A stretch of DNA of 64,000 nucleotides, taken from Macrostomum hystrix. Taxonomy: Eukaryota > Animalia > Platyhelminthes. The notes below the pieces were generated by a model. It saw only the letters and a program-made list of their open reading frames with translations, searched no databases and was not told the origin of the DNA. Each line of letters begins with the position of its first letter. The stretch's first letter is position 1. Where the stretch lies: positions 20,894,001 through 20,958,000 of the forward strand of contig CATNEN010000039.1 of assembly GCA_950097015.1 (NCBI GenBank). Direction: 5' to 3'. A program made the position numbers and the translations under genes. Shown in pieces: positions 24,301-35,690 of this stretch.

Positions 24301-27266
24301 TCCTTCTTAGCCCTGAAGTAGGACAAGTCAAAGCTCAGCCCCGAGTCGTCAGTCTCGAATCCTTTCAGCGTGTCGGCCACTCGTATGCTCTCATCGTCCT
24401 TGTAGTCTTTACTAGAAAATTCGTTTTGAGATTTTATGCAAACCTTTAAAAATTTATTGCTTAAGATCCATAAACAGCAGCCTTAAAAGCTACGAGCTTT
24501 GCTATGGGAATAACATTTTCTATGCTCTGCTATCCCTAAATGGGCTATCTACAATCCCAAATCTTCAATCTACAATCTGCAATATGCAATCAGAAATCTG
24601 CAATCTGCAATATATAATCTGCAATCTACAATCTTAAAGTTTCAGTGAGCAATCTACAATCTTAAATCTACAATCATAAATCTACAATCTTAAATCTACA
24701 ATCATAAATCTACAATCTTAAATCTACAATCTTAAATCTACAATCTTAAATTTACAATCTACGAGTACATTCTGCAATCTAAAATCTGCAATCTGCAATC
24801 TACACGCTACAACCCACATTCTTTAATATGCAATCTACAATCTTAAATATAAAATCTGCAATCTGCAATCTACCATCTGCAATCAACAATCTTCAATCTG
24901 CAATCATGCAATCTGCAATCTACCATCTGCAATCTACAATCTACAATCTGCAATCTACAATCATGCAATCTACAATCATGCAATATGCAATCGGCAATCT
25001 GCAATCTGCAATCTGCAATCAGAGTCCCGGGACAAACCGTTTAAGAATGGCGTGTATCCAGTTAATCATGATGATGACAATTCTCGACATCTTCTTAAAT
25101 CGACCAAGCGCCTGCGAAAAAAACGATAAATCAGAAATGAGAAATGTGAGGCATTTGGTATTTGTGATGCAACTAGCGACAATAGCACTGGATTCATACA
25201 ATAAGAACTAGAAATTGGTTAGAAATTGCGTGTAGTCAGAGTTTTTCATCAAGGACTGCTTAAAAAAAACTTTACACAATGAGTCATGGTGGTGCAAGAT
25301 TTTTTATTGCTTGTTTTTTTTCAATTAAAAAGGCCGATTTAACAGACCTAGTTAGCCGGATTATATGTTAAATAAATAATTAATAACCATCTAAAAGGCT
25401 AGCTTTTAAATGCATGCTCAAATGGTAATCAGAATCTTAAACAAAGAAAATAAAAATTTAAGTAATTTTACTTTCGGTTGCTATGCAACTTAAACCTCTT
25501 GTCACAGCTTAAAGAAAGGGGATGAGGGAGTGGTAAGGGAGCATTAGGGTGAAGAGAGAGACTAGGTAGAGAGAGATCTCGGTGGGTAGAGAGTTTAAAG
25601 GGGCGAGAAATATTCAGATTTGGGATCTTCCCCAGAGAGAGAGAGTCGAGGAGAGAGATAGTCGGGGGGAGAGAGATAGTCGGGGGGAGAGAGTGTCGGG
25701 GGAGAGAGTGTCGGGGGAGAGAGATAGTCGGGGGGAGAGAGTGTCGGGGGAGGGAGTGTCGGGGGAGAGAGATAGTCGGGGGGAGAGAGTGTCGGGGGAG
25801 AGAGTGTCGGGGGAGAGAGATAGTCGGGGGAGAGAGAGTCGGGGGAGAGAGATAGTCGGGGGAGAGAGAGTCGGGGGAGAGAGTGTCGGGGGAGAGAGTG
25901 TCGGGGGAGAGAGATAGTCGGGGGGAGAGAGTGTCGGGGGAGAGAGTGTCGGGGGAGAGAGTGTCGGGGGAGAGAGATAGTCGGGGGAGAGAGAGTCGGG
26001 GGAGAGAGTGTCGGGGGAGAGAGAGTCGGGGGGAGAGAGTGTCGGGGGAGAGAGAGTCGGGGGGAGAGAGATAGTCGGGGGGAGAGAGTGTCGGGGGAGA
26101 GAGTGTCGGGGGACAGAGAGTCGGGGGAGAGAGTGTCGGGGGAGAGAGTGTCGGGGGAGAGAGTGTCGGGGGAGAGAGAGTCGGGGGAGAGATAGTCGGG
26201 GGAGAGAGTGTCGGGGGAGAGAGTGTCGGGGGAGAGAGTGTCGGGGGAGAGAGAGTCGGGGGAGAGAGAGTCGGGGGAGAGAGTGTCGGGGGAGAGAGTG
26301 TCGGGGGAGAGAGTGTCGGGGGAGAGAGAGTCGGGGGAGAGAGAGTCGGGGGAGAGAGTGTCGGGGGAGAGAGTGTCGGGGGAGAGAGTGTCGGGGGAGA
26401 GAGAGTCGGGGGAGAGATAGTCGGGGGAGAGAGAGTCGGGGGAGAGAGTGTCGGGGGAGAGAGTGTCGGGGGAGAGATAGTCGGGGGAGAGAGTGTCGGG
26501 GGAGAGAGTGTCGGGGGAGAGAGTGTCGGGGGAGAGAGAGTCGGGGGAGAGAGAGTCGGGGGAGAGAGTGTCGGGGGAGAGAGTGTCGGGGGAGAGAGTG
26601 TCGGGGGAGAGAGAGTCGGGGGAGAGAGAGTCGGGGGAGAGAGTGTCGGGGGAGAGAGTGTCGGGGGAGAGAGTGTCGGGGGAGAGAGAGTCGGGGGAGA
26701 GATAGTCGGGGGAGAGAGAGTCGGGGGAGAGAGTGTCGGGGGAGAGAGTGTCGGGGGAGAGAGTCAGAGGAAAGTGTTGAGGGAGGGAGATAATTTATTG
26801 ATCAGGACGGGGAGAGAGTAGAGTAAAAGTACGTCGAGAGTGTTGAGAATAGTGTGAAGGGATGAGAGAGATCACGGGAGAAGCTGTTCTCCAGATAGAT
26901 TCTCATAGGTAACCAAGGCACACGGATCTCCAATTAGGGACCAAAAAACCATGGAGAGAGTTGCTGTATTCCCAAACAGACTTGACTGAGCCTCCTCAAG
27001 TCGCGCAGAGTGATCTGACGCCGCAGTCGTCTCAACTGCTCCGTCGGAGCCGACGATTCCGTGACTAAACTGGCAGCTTCCGTCAAATTCTTGTTGGAGC
27101 CGGTCGTCAGCGATCTCGTCAATAGTTTCTCTTCCTCCGAAGACGGCATTGAAGCTGGCGGAGGCGGGGCCGAGCGAGTGGCGACCGTCTCGGTCTGTTG
27201 TCTATGGCCGAACTCGGTCAATGGCCAGTCGCAGCGAGCGCTGCCAAGCAGCAGCCGCTGAGCCAT
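18338..27266 (-). CDS. Cyclic nucleotide-binding domain protein (CNBD2-like); exons 27266-26982 (or alternative 27912-27649), 25111-25038, 24411-24300, 21190-20879, 20448-20040, 19312-19035, 18957-18889, 18565-18338
   Basis: cNMP-domain motifs IIRQGHNGINFYIIISG, GQSFGEIALL..TRTAS, VVRSGSCKV, PGDVFGL, SVSLISNGSEC. All junctions are GT-AG with matching phases. The first exon is the least certain. Confidence 0.88.
18585..18860. repeat. 18-bp minisatellite (gttatgcagtctatagct)
   Basis: Tandem period of 18 in the last CNBD intron. Confidence 0.95.
19500..19950 (-). mobile_element. tRNA-derived SINE with CORE-like body and a partial second head
   Basis: Minus strand reads tagcctagtggttag (A box) ... 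ggttcgattccc (B box), then gtcctttagcaagacacttaac and cacccagctgttaaatgggtacc. A second B-box fragment lies at about 19605-19650. Confidence 0.75.
20489..20878 (-). repeat. 15-bp near-perfect repeat x26 (gtgagatgggatcag) forming most of a CNBD intron
   Basis: 390 bp = 26 units; the first unit starts with the real donor gtaag. Confidence 0.97.
21390..21830. repeat. 15-bp purine-rich minisatellite (gaatgggaagtggga)
   Basis: Tandem period of 15. Confidence 0.95.
22243..24299. repeat. 21-bp minisatellite (caccccatgatcagtgacagg[c/t]t) grading into a related ~35-bp repeat
   Basis: 21-bp units run to about 23895, then atgatcagtgacatggccttatccccccacaccc units run up to the donor at 24299. Confidence 0.95.
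24550..25020. repeat. 7-bp-based degenerate repeat (aatctgc / aatctac)
   Basis: Visible periodicity in a CNBD intron. Confidence 0.85.
25640..26765. repeat. 15-17-bp G-rich minisatellite (gagtgtcgggggaga)
   Basis: Tandem array with G5 runs. Confidence 0.95.
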
Positions 27267-28579
27267 TCGGGTATCTGTTTGGCTGGCTCGGCCTAACTGT
27301 CTTAATTATCTAAATTTTAGTTTGTTCACCTGAGGGTGCAATTTAGCTCCTGTCCAATAGCAAACGAGTGGACAGTTTCAGATTTCAGACTATAGGGAAT
27401 TCTCTTTTGCAGCCCTTTTGCAAAGAAGTCTAAAGAACTCTCTTGTGATCTGTATCGTTTTCTGTCTGAGCTAGGTAAGAGACGTGTTATTGTAGAACAG
27501 GTAAAAAGTGCCAAAATCTCAAAATCGCAATATTTTTAGGTCGATATTCGTTATTGCCCTATCACCGCAGCTCATAGCTTTCATTAGCAAAGACGAAAAC
27601 TGGACACACAGACGCCTATCGTGAACACAATGCGCCAAAGTCGCTCACCACAAGCCGTCTCTGGTCCTTTAGCGACACTCGACGTTGACTCGACTTTCGT
27701 GTCAAAGTCAGACCAGGCACTGAGGAGCTTCGGACTAGCTGCTGCTGCTGCAGCTCTGAAGATGTCGACGAATAGGCGGTCCCCACCAAAGCAGTCTGAT
27801 CCCGTCGCAGTCGCAGAGGCTGCAATCGGTCGTCGGCCTCGACGTTAGTTTCTTCAACCGATGCGTCGTCCACATCGTTAAGCTCTTCCGTGTCTTGAAG
27901 CTTCCTGTCCATTCCGTGCTCTTAGCTTACAAGCCTACAGCAGTTGTGTTAGACCCAGAACTGCTGCTGCAGCTGCTGCTGTTGCTACTAAAACTGAGAG
28001 CACCTCACGTCTTCATCTTTATTTTAGTTTCAGTCTCTTTCTATTTTTCTATTGCTCTCTTTTCTCTGAACTCAATAATCTTGTCAACGCATAGACTAGC
28101 TGACAGTTGGGTGAAAATTTTCTATTTAATATTATATTGTACCCACTCGACTAGAGTAGAGAAGACTCAGTCAGATTGCTCTTTTTTATTCTTCAGCAAC
28201 TCTGACCATGCAGCATGAGGCGCTGTGAGTCCAGTACTCTCTTTGTTCAGGTGGGGGTGCTTAGCATGGAAAAAAACAAGAAAAGGAAACGAAAATTACC
28301 GTAATAGAAATTAGGCTTTAACCGTCGCAGTCTTGGCGGTTGCAGTGTCAAGTCGCAATTTCGGTTTGCTCATGATACCTGACCGTTCATAATGATTAGT
28401 TAGAAGCTGGTTCATAATTTCGGACAGTAGCTTTGAAGTCCTGAAGAATCTCAGTCCAGTATTTTTTGGGAAAATAAGAATAGTACTTTAAGTTGAACTG
28501 AGTGGAGAGGGGTTGGCGAACGACAACAAGAGTGGGTTGGGGTGCGCGACTGGGGTAAGAGAGAGGCTAGAGGGTTAGA

Positions 28580-28605
28580 GGCGGACCAATCAGAAGGCGG
28601 GGTGA
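28580..28605. promoter_or_regulatory. CCAAT box plus GC box, candidate (possibly bidirectional) promoter
   Basis: ggaccaatcagaaggcggggt upstream of the CNBD first exons. Confidence 0.4.
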
Positions 28606-29432
28606 GGGCATGAGGTAGAGAAGCAGAGAGATTTAGAGAAGACAATTAAGAAGTGGCGACGAGAGTACACTCGCTGCAAATAAATGTTCGACTAAGTCGC
28701 TTAAAGTGCATATAATTCGCTGTAGTTTCGCATCAGGCTATATCAACATATCAATATCTATCGCACAAATTATAACAGCAGGACGAATTTCTAATTTAGC
28801 TCTTGAACAAGCCATACTGAAAGCTAGAAAAATGTTCAAAAGTCGGTCTTTTCTTTCGGTCTATTCTGTTGGAAATTGAATTTACTTACCAACTGTGATT
28901 AGAAATACATATTAATTTATAAATTTAGCCCTGAACTTGCCCATTATGGGAAGAAATGCATTGACAAAGAAATTCTTCAGGACTGGGAATACAATGGACT
29001 GAGATTCCTCAGGTTTGTAAAGACACAGGAATAAAAGTCTTTAAGATAATATGATTTAGGTTAAATAATATATTACATCCGGGTTAGGTCGAATACATGT
29101 AATACATTATATACTAAAATTCAATAGTATCTAGGCTGTAACAACTGCCGCAGCCAAGACTGCAACTGACGGCAGCTACCAGTTTCGGCGAACGACCCTG
29201 AGGTCGTTCATCGCTGGGCTGGGGTGCATATCTGTTTCTGGATTTTCACCCATCCACCCCCGAAGAGCTGCGAGTCCTACAAGACACTACAAGCTACTAC
29301 AAGACAATTTGCCGTTCGCACCTCAAGAGAAGGCTGCAGTACTTGAAAAATCAAAGGAAATTTTGATTTGCTGACTGTTGCTTCCATCAAAATTCTTCCA
29401 ATTCTGCTGAGACTTGTGAAAAGAGGAGGGGA

Positions 29433-29666
29433 ATGCACGAATTCAGTGAAATGGTTTTAATTGCTAAATCAGAGCATGAAATGCTGACACAGAGTGCCAA
29501 GCCCACTGAGTCTGTAACTGATGCGGCCATGAAACTGGCGCAGATGAAGTGCGATGAAATTCTGTTCGCTGAAGATTGCCCTGATGATGTGAAGGCTGCC
29601 GTGTACCAGAGTGCAATGAAAAGCCTGCTGGTCAGACGCAAGCAGGTAGTGAAACGAAAATGTTGA
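29433..29666 (+). pseudogene. Decayed ORF, possibly a Polinton/Maverick accessory gene relic
   Basis: The pattern MVLI...MKCDEIL..DCPDDVKAAVYQSAMKSLL resembles, from memory, a Polinton ORF adjacent to integrase. Not verified. Confidence 0.3.
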
Positions 29667-29926
29667 AAGTGGAGATAACTGGTAGAAACTTGGAGGAAAA
29701 TATTCTACAGCAAACTTCTGATGATGCTGATAGAGTTCCCAATGAGCCGTCTCCAATCAATGGATTCGGCTGTGAGGCTGCGTGGAAGGGGGTGAGTGTC
29801 GCTGCCTCTTGACTTACTTGACTTAGCGGCAGGGGGCCTCCATGACGGACGCAGCGAGGAGGCGGCTGGTGCCGCCCATATCGCTAACCCCTGGCAGCCA
29901 GACGGCCTCCAGCGAGGCGGTGCCGC

Positions 29927-32900
29927 TCAGGGTGGTCCGTCGGTCGGTTCCGCCGCTCGATCTTCCTCGCCATAGGCTGGGAAGAAATCAGCTCGGCCGG
30001 TATCCCGGAGGAAGTGGGCGAGCTGTGGGATGTTCTCGGGCGAGCAGGCCTCGGCAAGAGTCGGTGCCGGCCCGAGATGCTTTAGCCTAGCCCGGGTGAA
30101 GGCCGGGCAGTGGCAGATGAAATGTTCGGCGTTTTCACGTCCGGAGCAGCAGAAGGGACACGTTTCCTCAGGCACGTGGCCTTGGAGGTAGCGGTGTCTG
30201 GTGAAGCAGCCATGTCCCGAAAGGGCCATGGTGACTGCTCTCAGGTCTCTGCGGTTTAGCCTGAGTAAGGCCTTACGCAGGTTACTAGAGGGGGTTGGCA
30301 CCGCAGCCCTGGACTGGCGACAGTTCAGGGTGCTGGACCACCTCCTCCGATGCTGGGTCTCCATCCAGCGGTTGATGCTGGAGTTGACAACAGAGGCGGG
30401 GATCGGGGATTCCGGGCCCGGGCCCATCAGGGAGCTGGCTGCTCCAGCCTTTGCAAGCTGGTCCGCCATCTCATTCCCTGTGAACCCGGCATGCCCAGGG
30501 ATCCACATCAGCTCCACCTTATTAGACTGCGCCAACCCGTTTAACTGGGTGTTGCAGTCCAAGGTGGTTCTGGAGCGAGAGGTGCAGCGGCTGAGGGCCT
30601 TGAGGGCTGCTTGACTGTCGGAGTGAAAAAAGATCCTCCGACCAGCCAGCTGCCTCTGGCGCAGCTCAGCCGCACAGAAGCTGATGGCGAGCACTTCGTT
30701 TTGGAAAACGCTAGAGCTCTTGCCACAGTATTGGGAGTGGGTCCAGAGGACCTCACCACCCGAGGCGACGCACACTCCGAATCCCGATTTACCGTTCATC
30801 AGAGAGCCGTCAGTGTAACAGTGGACTGCCGGGTCATCCCAGCAGTCCTTTACCTCGTTACGAGGGGAGATGCTGACTTTGTACCTGTGGCTCCGGAGTA
30901 AAGTGGCCGGGGCCCCGTCCGAAAGGATGGTGAGCCCTCCGCACTCGCCCAGAGTTTTCAGGCAGAGGTCAGAGTGAGGCAGAAGGGAGCGCTTCGAGAA
31001 GGCTCGCGAATTCTGGAAGTAGACACCCGCATCAAGAAGACGACGGGTGGACTTTGCTGCTTCCCCCTTGACGAAAATGTCAATGGGTGTAGCGTTGAGG
31101 AAAGCATTCATGCCTTCGAAGGGAGTGGAGGGTGGGGCGCCCAGCGTCATACGACAGGCTCTGCCCTGCACCCTATAAAGCGCCTCCAGGTTTTTCTGGA
31201 TGCCCATGGCGCTGGCCCAGATGAGGCCAGCGTAAGCGACGGACGGTCTAATGATCGCCGTGTAAATCCACCAAAGGTTCTTGGGGGTTAGCCCCCAGGT
31301 GGTGCCCACGGCACGCCTGACTTGCGCCAGTATGGCCAGGGCCCTCTTGGCCTTTGTGGTGATGTGTGGGGTCCAGTTAAGCCTATGGTCTAGCACGAGA
31401 CCAAGGCACCGGACCTGCTTTTCCATGGCAATATTCTTGCCATAGAGAGTCAGAGGCTTAATGGTCCAGAGCAGTTTGCTGGTAAACATAACCGCGACGG
31501 TCTTGGACTCAGAGAGTCGGAGCCCGCATTGGTCCGCCCAGCGCACCGCCCTGTTGATAAAGCCCTGAATGAGGTCCCTGGTGGTTTCCGCCGAGGGGCC
31601 CGCGCAGATGGCGGTCACATCGTCGGCATATCCCACCTTCAGGACTGGGTCTGGACGAGTGCTTTTCAGCAGCTCATCCATGACGAGATTCCACAGCAGT
31701 GGGGTGAGGACGCCGCCTTGGGGCCCTCCTTTTAGGACAGGTGCCGAGAGCACCCTGCCTTCGAGGTGGGCCACCACGTGGCGATTCCGGATCATGTACA
31801 TGACCCAGCGAACGAGGTGGGGGTGAGTGGCCCTGGAAACCAGGGCCTTCTCAAAGGCTTCGAAAACCACGTTATCGAAGGCCCCCTCAATATCAAGGAA
31901 GACAGCCAGGGCAAAACCGCTGCCCAGTACTGCCTTCTCTAGAGTCTCCACGATGCAGTGGAGGGCGCTCTCCGTGGACCGGCCAGCCCGAAAGGCGTGC
32001 TGGTTTGGCGAGAGCGGGGCCCGCCCTAGCTCTACAGTAAGAAGGCGCCAGAGCACCAGTCTTTCCATGAGCTTGAGGCAGGTGGAAGTCAAACTTATCG
32101 GGCGATAAGACTTGACCGAGCGATAGTCGCCTTTGGCGGGCTTCGGGATGAAGACGACCCGGGCTTCGTGCCACAGCGCTGGTACATAGCCCAGCACGAT
32201 GCAGGCCCGTAGAAGTCTGCAGAGGAGATGGAGGAAGCGGCCATTTTTGACCGCTTCATGCAAAAAGGCCGGATAAATACCATCTGGCCCAGGTGCTTTG
32301 AAAGGGTTGAATGACTTTGCCGCGCGAACGATGCGGTCATTCGTGACGAGTGACTGAGCCAGGCCCTGACCTCCACGTGAGTGGTCGTCTGGGCCAAAGT
32401 GCGCCGGTACACTCGGGAAGAAATGCCCTAGCATAAGCTCGAGCGTTTCCTCCGGACGCTCCGTGATCGAGCCGTCTGGCTTTTTGATCGATGAGAGCTT
32501 GGAGAAGCGGTCGTTGGTGAGCGCCTTTACCACGCGGGCCGTGGGCCGCGAGCCCTCAAGCCCTTCGCAGTATTGTCGCCATTTGTCCGCTTTTGCCCTT
32601 CTGACCCGGCCCTTAAACTCATGGATGGCGCGAGTATAGGCCTCTTTGTCATCAGGGTCGTGCGAGGTTTTCAGCTTCCTCTGGAGAGCCTTAGCTCGGC
32701 GTCTCAGGACTCCGAGCTCGGGGTTCCACCAGGGGGCCGATTTTTTGCCTTTGTAGGCTTTGAGCGGGCAAGCCATTTCGTAGGCCTCTGTGATGGCGCC
32801 GCCCAGCAGGGCAGCCACTCCATCTAGGTCCTGCGTGGTTGCCATGGCCATGGAGGGGTCGGAATCCCGAAGGCCCTCATGCAGCTTTTGGCTGAACGCG

Positions 32901-33631
32901 GGCCAGTCGGTGTTTCTGACATTACGCCTCCAAATAGGCTTTTGCTTCTTATCGGGGGTACCGATGTTGAAGCGAATGAAACGATGGTCCGAGAGCGAGC
33001 TTTCGGTCTCCCATACCTCCCACCCCAGCACCCTTGGGAGGATGCCGGGTGAGGCCAGGGTGACGTCAAGCACCTCAGCCCACCGCCCATTGTCGAAAGT
33101 GGGCGTGTTGCCCACATTACAGAAGTTGAGAGGCGTGCCGCTGACGTAGGCCAGGAGCTCTTCGCCGCGGTCATTGATTTTTGAGCTACCCCAGTGGGTG
33201 TGATGCGAGTTTGCATCTCCCGCGAGGAGCAGCTCGAAGTTACGTGCCCTGGCGAAATCACAGAGGGCGACGAGGGTATCGCTGACCACGGGGGCGTCGC
33301 CTGCCAGGTAGGCGGATGCCACGAGGGTCAACTTGTTAGGCACAATGTGTGCAGATTGGATGACGCAGATGTCCCCGTTAGAGAGATCGGGTCTCATCCA
33401 CGCATTTAAGGCTTTTGTGGCATAGATCAGTGATCTAGGGCGGACAGAGTCTGCCATGCAAAAGCAGTCATAGCCAGCAGGAATGTTGCTTGGCTTGTTC
33501 TTTGATAACCAGGGCTCCTGCACAAGTACAAGGCCCGGCATCATGCGCTCTGTCGTGCGCATCAGATTTACTGATGCTGCCACGCAGTGCTGGGTGTTAA
33601 CTTGCAGACATGATATTCCGGGGATCATCAT
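29927..33631 (-). CDS. LINE ORF2: AP endonuclease - reverse transcriptase - RNase H - C-terminal Zn knuckle (1234 aa)
   Basis: VQEPW, GDANSHH..WGS, SDHRFI; [40 protein letters not shown]; [29 protein letters not shown]; CPFC...[10 protein letters not shown]. Confidence 0.97.
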   Translation of the reverse strand: MMIPGISCLQVNTQHCVAASVNLMRTTERMMPGLVLVQEPWLSKNKPSNIPAGYDCFCMADSVRPRSLIYATKALNAWMRPDLSNGDICVIQSAHIVPNKLTLVASAYLAGDAPVVSDTLVALCDFARARNFELLLAGDANSHHTHWGSSKINDRGEELLAYVSGTPLNFCNVGNTPTFDNGRWAEVLDVTLASPGILPRVLGWEVWETESSLSDHRFIRFNIGTPDKKQKPIWRRNVRNTDWPAFSQKLHEGLRDSDPSMAMATTQDLDGVAALLGGAITEAYEMACPLKAYKGKKSAPWWNPELGVLRRRAKALQRKLKTSHDPDDKEAYTRAIHEFKGRVRRAKADKWRQYCEGLEGSRPTARVVKALTNDRFSKLSSIKKPDGSITERPEETLELMLGHFFPSVPAHFGPDDHSRGGQGLAQSLVTNDRIVRAAKSFNPFKAPGPDGIYPAFLHEAVKNGRFLHLLCRLLRACIVLGYVPALWHEARVVFIPKPAKGDYRSVKSYRPISLTSTCLKLMERLVLWRLLTVELGRAPLSPNQHAFRAGRSTESALHCIVETLEKAVLGSGFALAVFLDIEGAFDNVVFEAFEKALVSRATHPHLVRWVMYMIRNRHVVAHLEGRVLSAPVLKGGPQGGVLTPLLWNLVMDELLKSTRPDPVLKVGYADDVTAICAGPSAETTRDLIQGFINRAVRWADQCGLRLSESKTVAVMFTSKLLWTIKPLTLYGKNIAMEKQVRCLGLVLDHRLNWTPHITTKAKRALAILAQVRRAVGTTWGLTPKNLWWIYTAIIRPSVAYAGLIWASAMGIQKNLEALYRVQGRACRMTLGAPPSTPFEGMNAFLNATPIDIFVKGEAAKSTRRLLDAGVYFQNSRAFSKRSLLPHSDLCLKTLGECGGLTILSDGAPATLLRSHRYKVSISPRNEVKDCWDDPAVHCYTDGSLMNGKSGFGVCVASGGEVLWTHSQYCGKSSSVFQNEVLAISFCAAELRQRQLAGRRIFFHSDSQAALKALSRCTSRSRTTLDCNTQLNGLAQSNKVELMWIPGHAGFTGNEMADQLAKAGAASSLMGPGPESPIPASVVNSSINRWMETQHRRRWSSTLNCRQSRAAVPTPSSNLRKALLRLNRRDLRAVTMALSGHGCFTRHRYLQGHVPEETCPFCCSGRENAEHFICHCPAFTRARLKHLGPAPTLAEACSPENIPQLAHFLRDTGRADFFPAYGEEDRAAEPTDGPP

Positions 33632-33643
33632 GCAGGCAGAGGT

Positions 33644-35188
33644 CTACTTGGAGGGGGACTCAGCCAGAAGGCGGTCCTCCTCCTCCAGGTCGATGTCGGT
33701 AGCCATGGGCTCCTCCGTGCCCAGGCCCCGAGCCAGAGGCGGGAACTCGACGGGGTCAGCCGCCCAGTCCCCACCCCCGGCCCCGAGCCCAGGCCCAGAG
33801 TCGCCCTCAACCGGAGCCGACACCGCTCCCTGGGCCGTGGGAGGGGCGCTCGAAGGGCCCTGCTCGATGGAGCTGGGCACCTTAGAGGCCTCCCCCGTAG
33901 CCCTTGGTTGCGGCGCCTGCCCCGGTGGGCCACCGCGCATCTCAGCGCGCAGCTGGGCCATCTTGGCGGTTCGCACCACCTCGGAGGCCCGCTGGAGAAG
34001 GCCCTTGCGCTTTGTGATGCGCGCGGGGCGACGCTCAGAGCTGCCAGCGATGGCACGCTCTGGCCTTTTTTGGCGAGGCGACTGGGCCCTGCCCCCAGTC
34101 CCAGCCTTGGGGTCCGAGGACCCTTCATTGGCCGACACGGTGGTGGGCCCGGTCTGACCCCGGGTTTTGTCGGCATCGTAGGCGAAGATTTTGGTCTTCC
34201 ACAGACCGATGCAGACGTTTGCGCCATCTGGGTAACGGCGTGTCCATTGCTCGGACAGGCCCAGAATGGCGGTGAAGCCGGTGCCGTCGGGGCGCAGGAT
34301 CGTGCGGTGCACGATTAGGCCCGCTGTCGGAAGCTCCCGGTTCATCGCGATGAGGCCCATGCGGAGGTCCTCAGCGCTAGTAACGACGCTTTTCGCCGGG
34401 ACGAAAATGCGATGTCTTTTTGTCTGCGGCGGCTCGTTCTCCCGGAGGAAAACGAGGTCGGCCGCCCAGATCTGCGTGGGCAGCAGCTCCAGGAGCCGCC
34501 GCCCTGACTCCGCATCTCCGGGCCAGACAACAAAAAACGAGTCCCTGGTAGCACTCGCACCGACCGCCAGGGGCTCGCCTTTCAGTTGTAGTTGCCACAG
34601 CATAGCGTCTATGCTGCGGCAGATGTCGCTGAGCCGCTCGCCGCTCAGCCGCTTGCCATCCTTGCCCGCGACCACGATGGCAGGTTGCCTGCGCGCGATG
34701 GTGGCGTAGGTGGCCCGTGGTCCCGGGCCCTTTCCTGCCGCGTCCCCACTCTCGGGATTTGCGTCGGCGGTGGGCACGGGGCCCTCCGCCTCCACTCCTC
34801 CTTCAAGCCGAGCCGCCGGCCGGATGGGCGCCGGGACCTCCTTGGCCCGCGACCCTGGCCTCGGGGCGTCGTGGGCCCCGCCCTGGGCAGGGGCCTGGGC
34901 AGGAGGCACGGGGCCCCCCACCCTAGCCCCCGCCCTAGGCAGAGCCCCTTCGGCCCCTTTGGCCTGGGCCCGGTCCACGGTCGACGAAGCTGGCTTGCCT
35001 TGGGCCAGCAGGCGCCTACGGCGTTTCGCCGCTCCAGATGTCGTGGAGCGCTTTGTGCTCCGATCGCCGCGCGAGATGGGCATCGCGGCATTTGTGGCGG
35101 TCGCAGGGGCAGGCCCGGGCGCCGCAGCGTTTGTGACCTTGGGCACCGTGGTGCCCTCGGCCGTAGTAGAAGGTTGGCTGGAAGCCAT
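33644..35188 (-). CDS. LINE ORF1 (gag-like, DUF4780-like domain), 514 aa
   Basis: Ends 12 nt before the ORF2 ATG. SGAAKRRRR basic patch, TYATIA, and LIAMNREL...GFTAILGL resemble LOA ORF1. Confidence 0.85.
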   Translation of the reverse strand: MASSQPSTTAEGTTVPKVTNAAAPGPAPATATNAAMPISRGDRSTKRSTTSGAAKRRRRLLAQGKPASSTVDRAQAKGAEGALPRAGARVGGPVPPAQAPAQGGAHDAPRPGSRAKEVPAPIRPAARLEGGVEAEGPVPTADANPESGDAAGKGPGPRATYATIARRQPAIVVAGKDGKRLSGERLSDICRSIDAMLWQLQLKGEPLAVGASATRDSFFVVWPGDAESGRRLLELLPTQIWAADLVFLRENEPPQTKRHRIFVPAKSVVTSAEDLRMGLIAMNRELPTAGLIVHRTILRPDGTGFTAILGLSEQWTRRYPDGANVCIGLWKTKIFAYDADKTRGQTGPTTVSANEGSSDPKAGTGGRAQSPRQKRPERAIAGSSERRPARITKRKGLLQRASEVVRTAKMAQLRAEMRGGPPGQAPQPRATGEASKVPSSIEQGPSSAPPTAQGAVSAPVEGDSGPGLGAGGGDWAADPVEFPPLARGLGTEEPMATDIDLEEEDRLLAESPSK

Positions 35189-35420
35189 TGCAGCTGCAAA
35201 GAGAAAATGGGGCTTCCTGTAGACACAGGCAGGAATAACCCGCTCAGCCGCGATCCCAAAGCTGAGCGGGGGCAGCCAAAAAAGACAAGTTACAACCCGG
35301 GGTGGGATGCCAGGACCACCGGGAGGAACCGTAGGAGGCCAGACTACTCCCTGGTCAAGCGTCCATCAGCACGGTCAACACTGGGACATTAGAGGGCGCT
35401 ATTTGGCCAGCGCCGAGGCC

Positions 35421-35690
35421 TGCGGACTGGCCGCATACCCTGTTAAGGTCAAAGGGTGACACCTTTCCCTCAGAGCCGTAGCCAGAGGTACCTGATCACG
35501 CACAGGTGCACGAACGCTGCGGACTGGCCGCATACCCTGTTTAGGTCAAAGGGTGACACCTTTCCCTCGGAGCCGTAGCCAGAGGTACCTGATCACGCAC
35601 AGGTGCACGAACGCTGCGGACTCGCCGCATACCCTGTTAAGGTCAAAGGGTGACACCTTTCCCTCCAGCCGGGGCTAGAGGTACCCAGTT
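35421..35690 (-). repeat. 97-bp tandem repeat (about 2.7 copies) in the LINE 5' UTR
   Basis: ggact[g/c]gccgcataccctgtt occurs at 35424, 35521 and 35618. Confidence 0.9.

Noticed and set aside
24385-24410. FLAG-like DYKDDE peptide suggesting a construct
   Set aside because: Partial match inside a normal phased exon; no vector sequence nearby.
7028-26793. Repetitive ORFs ([23 protein letters not shown] and similar)
   Set aside because: These are translations of intronic minisatellites that happen to lack stops.
29842-35392. Many plus-strand and alternate-frame ORFs over the LOA element
   Set aside because: Shadow ORFs of GC-rich coding sequence.
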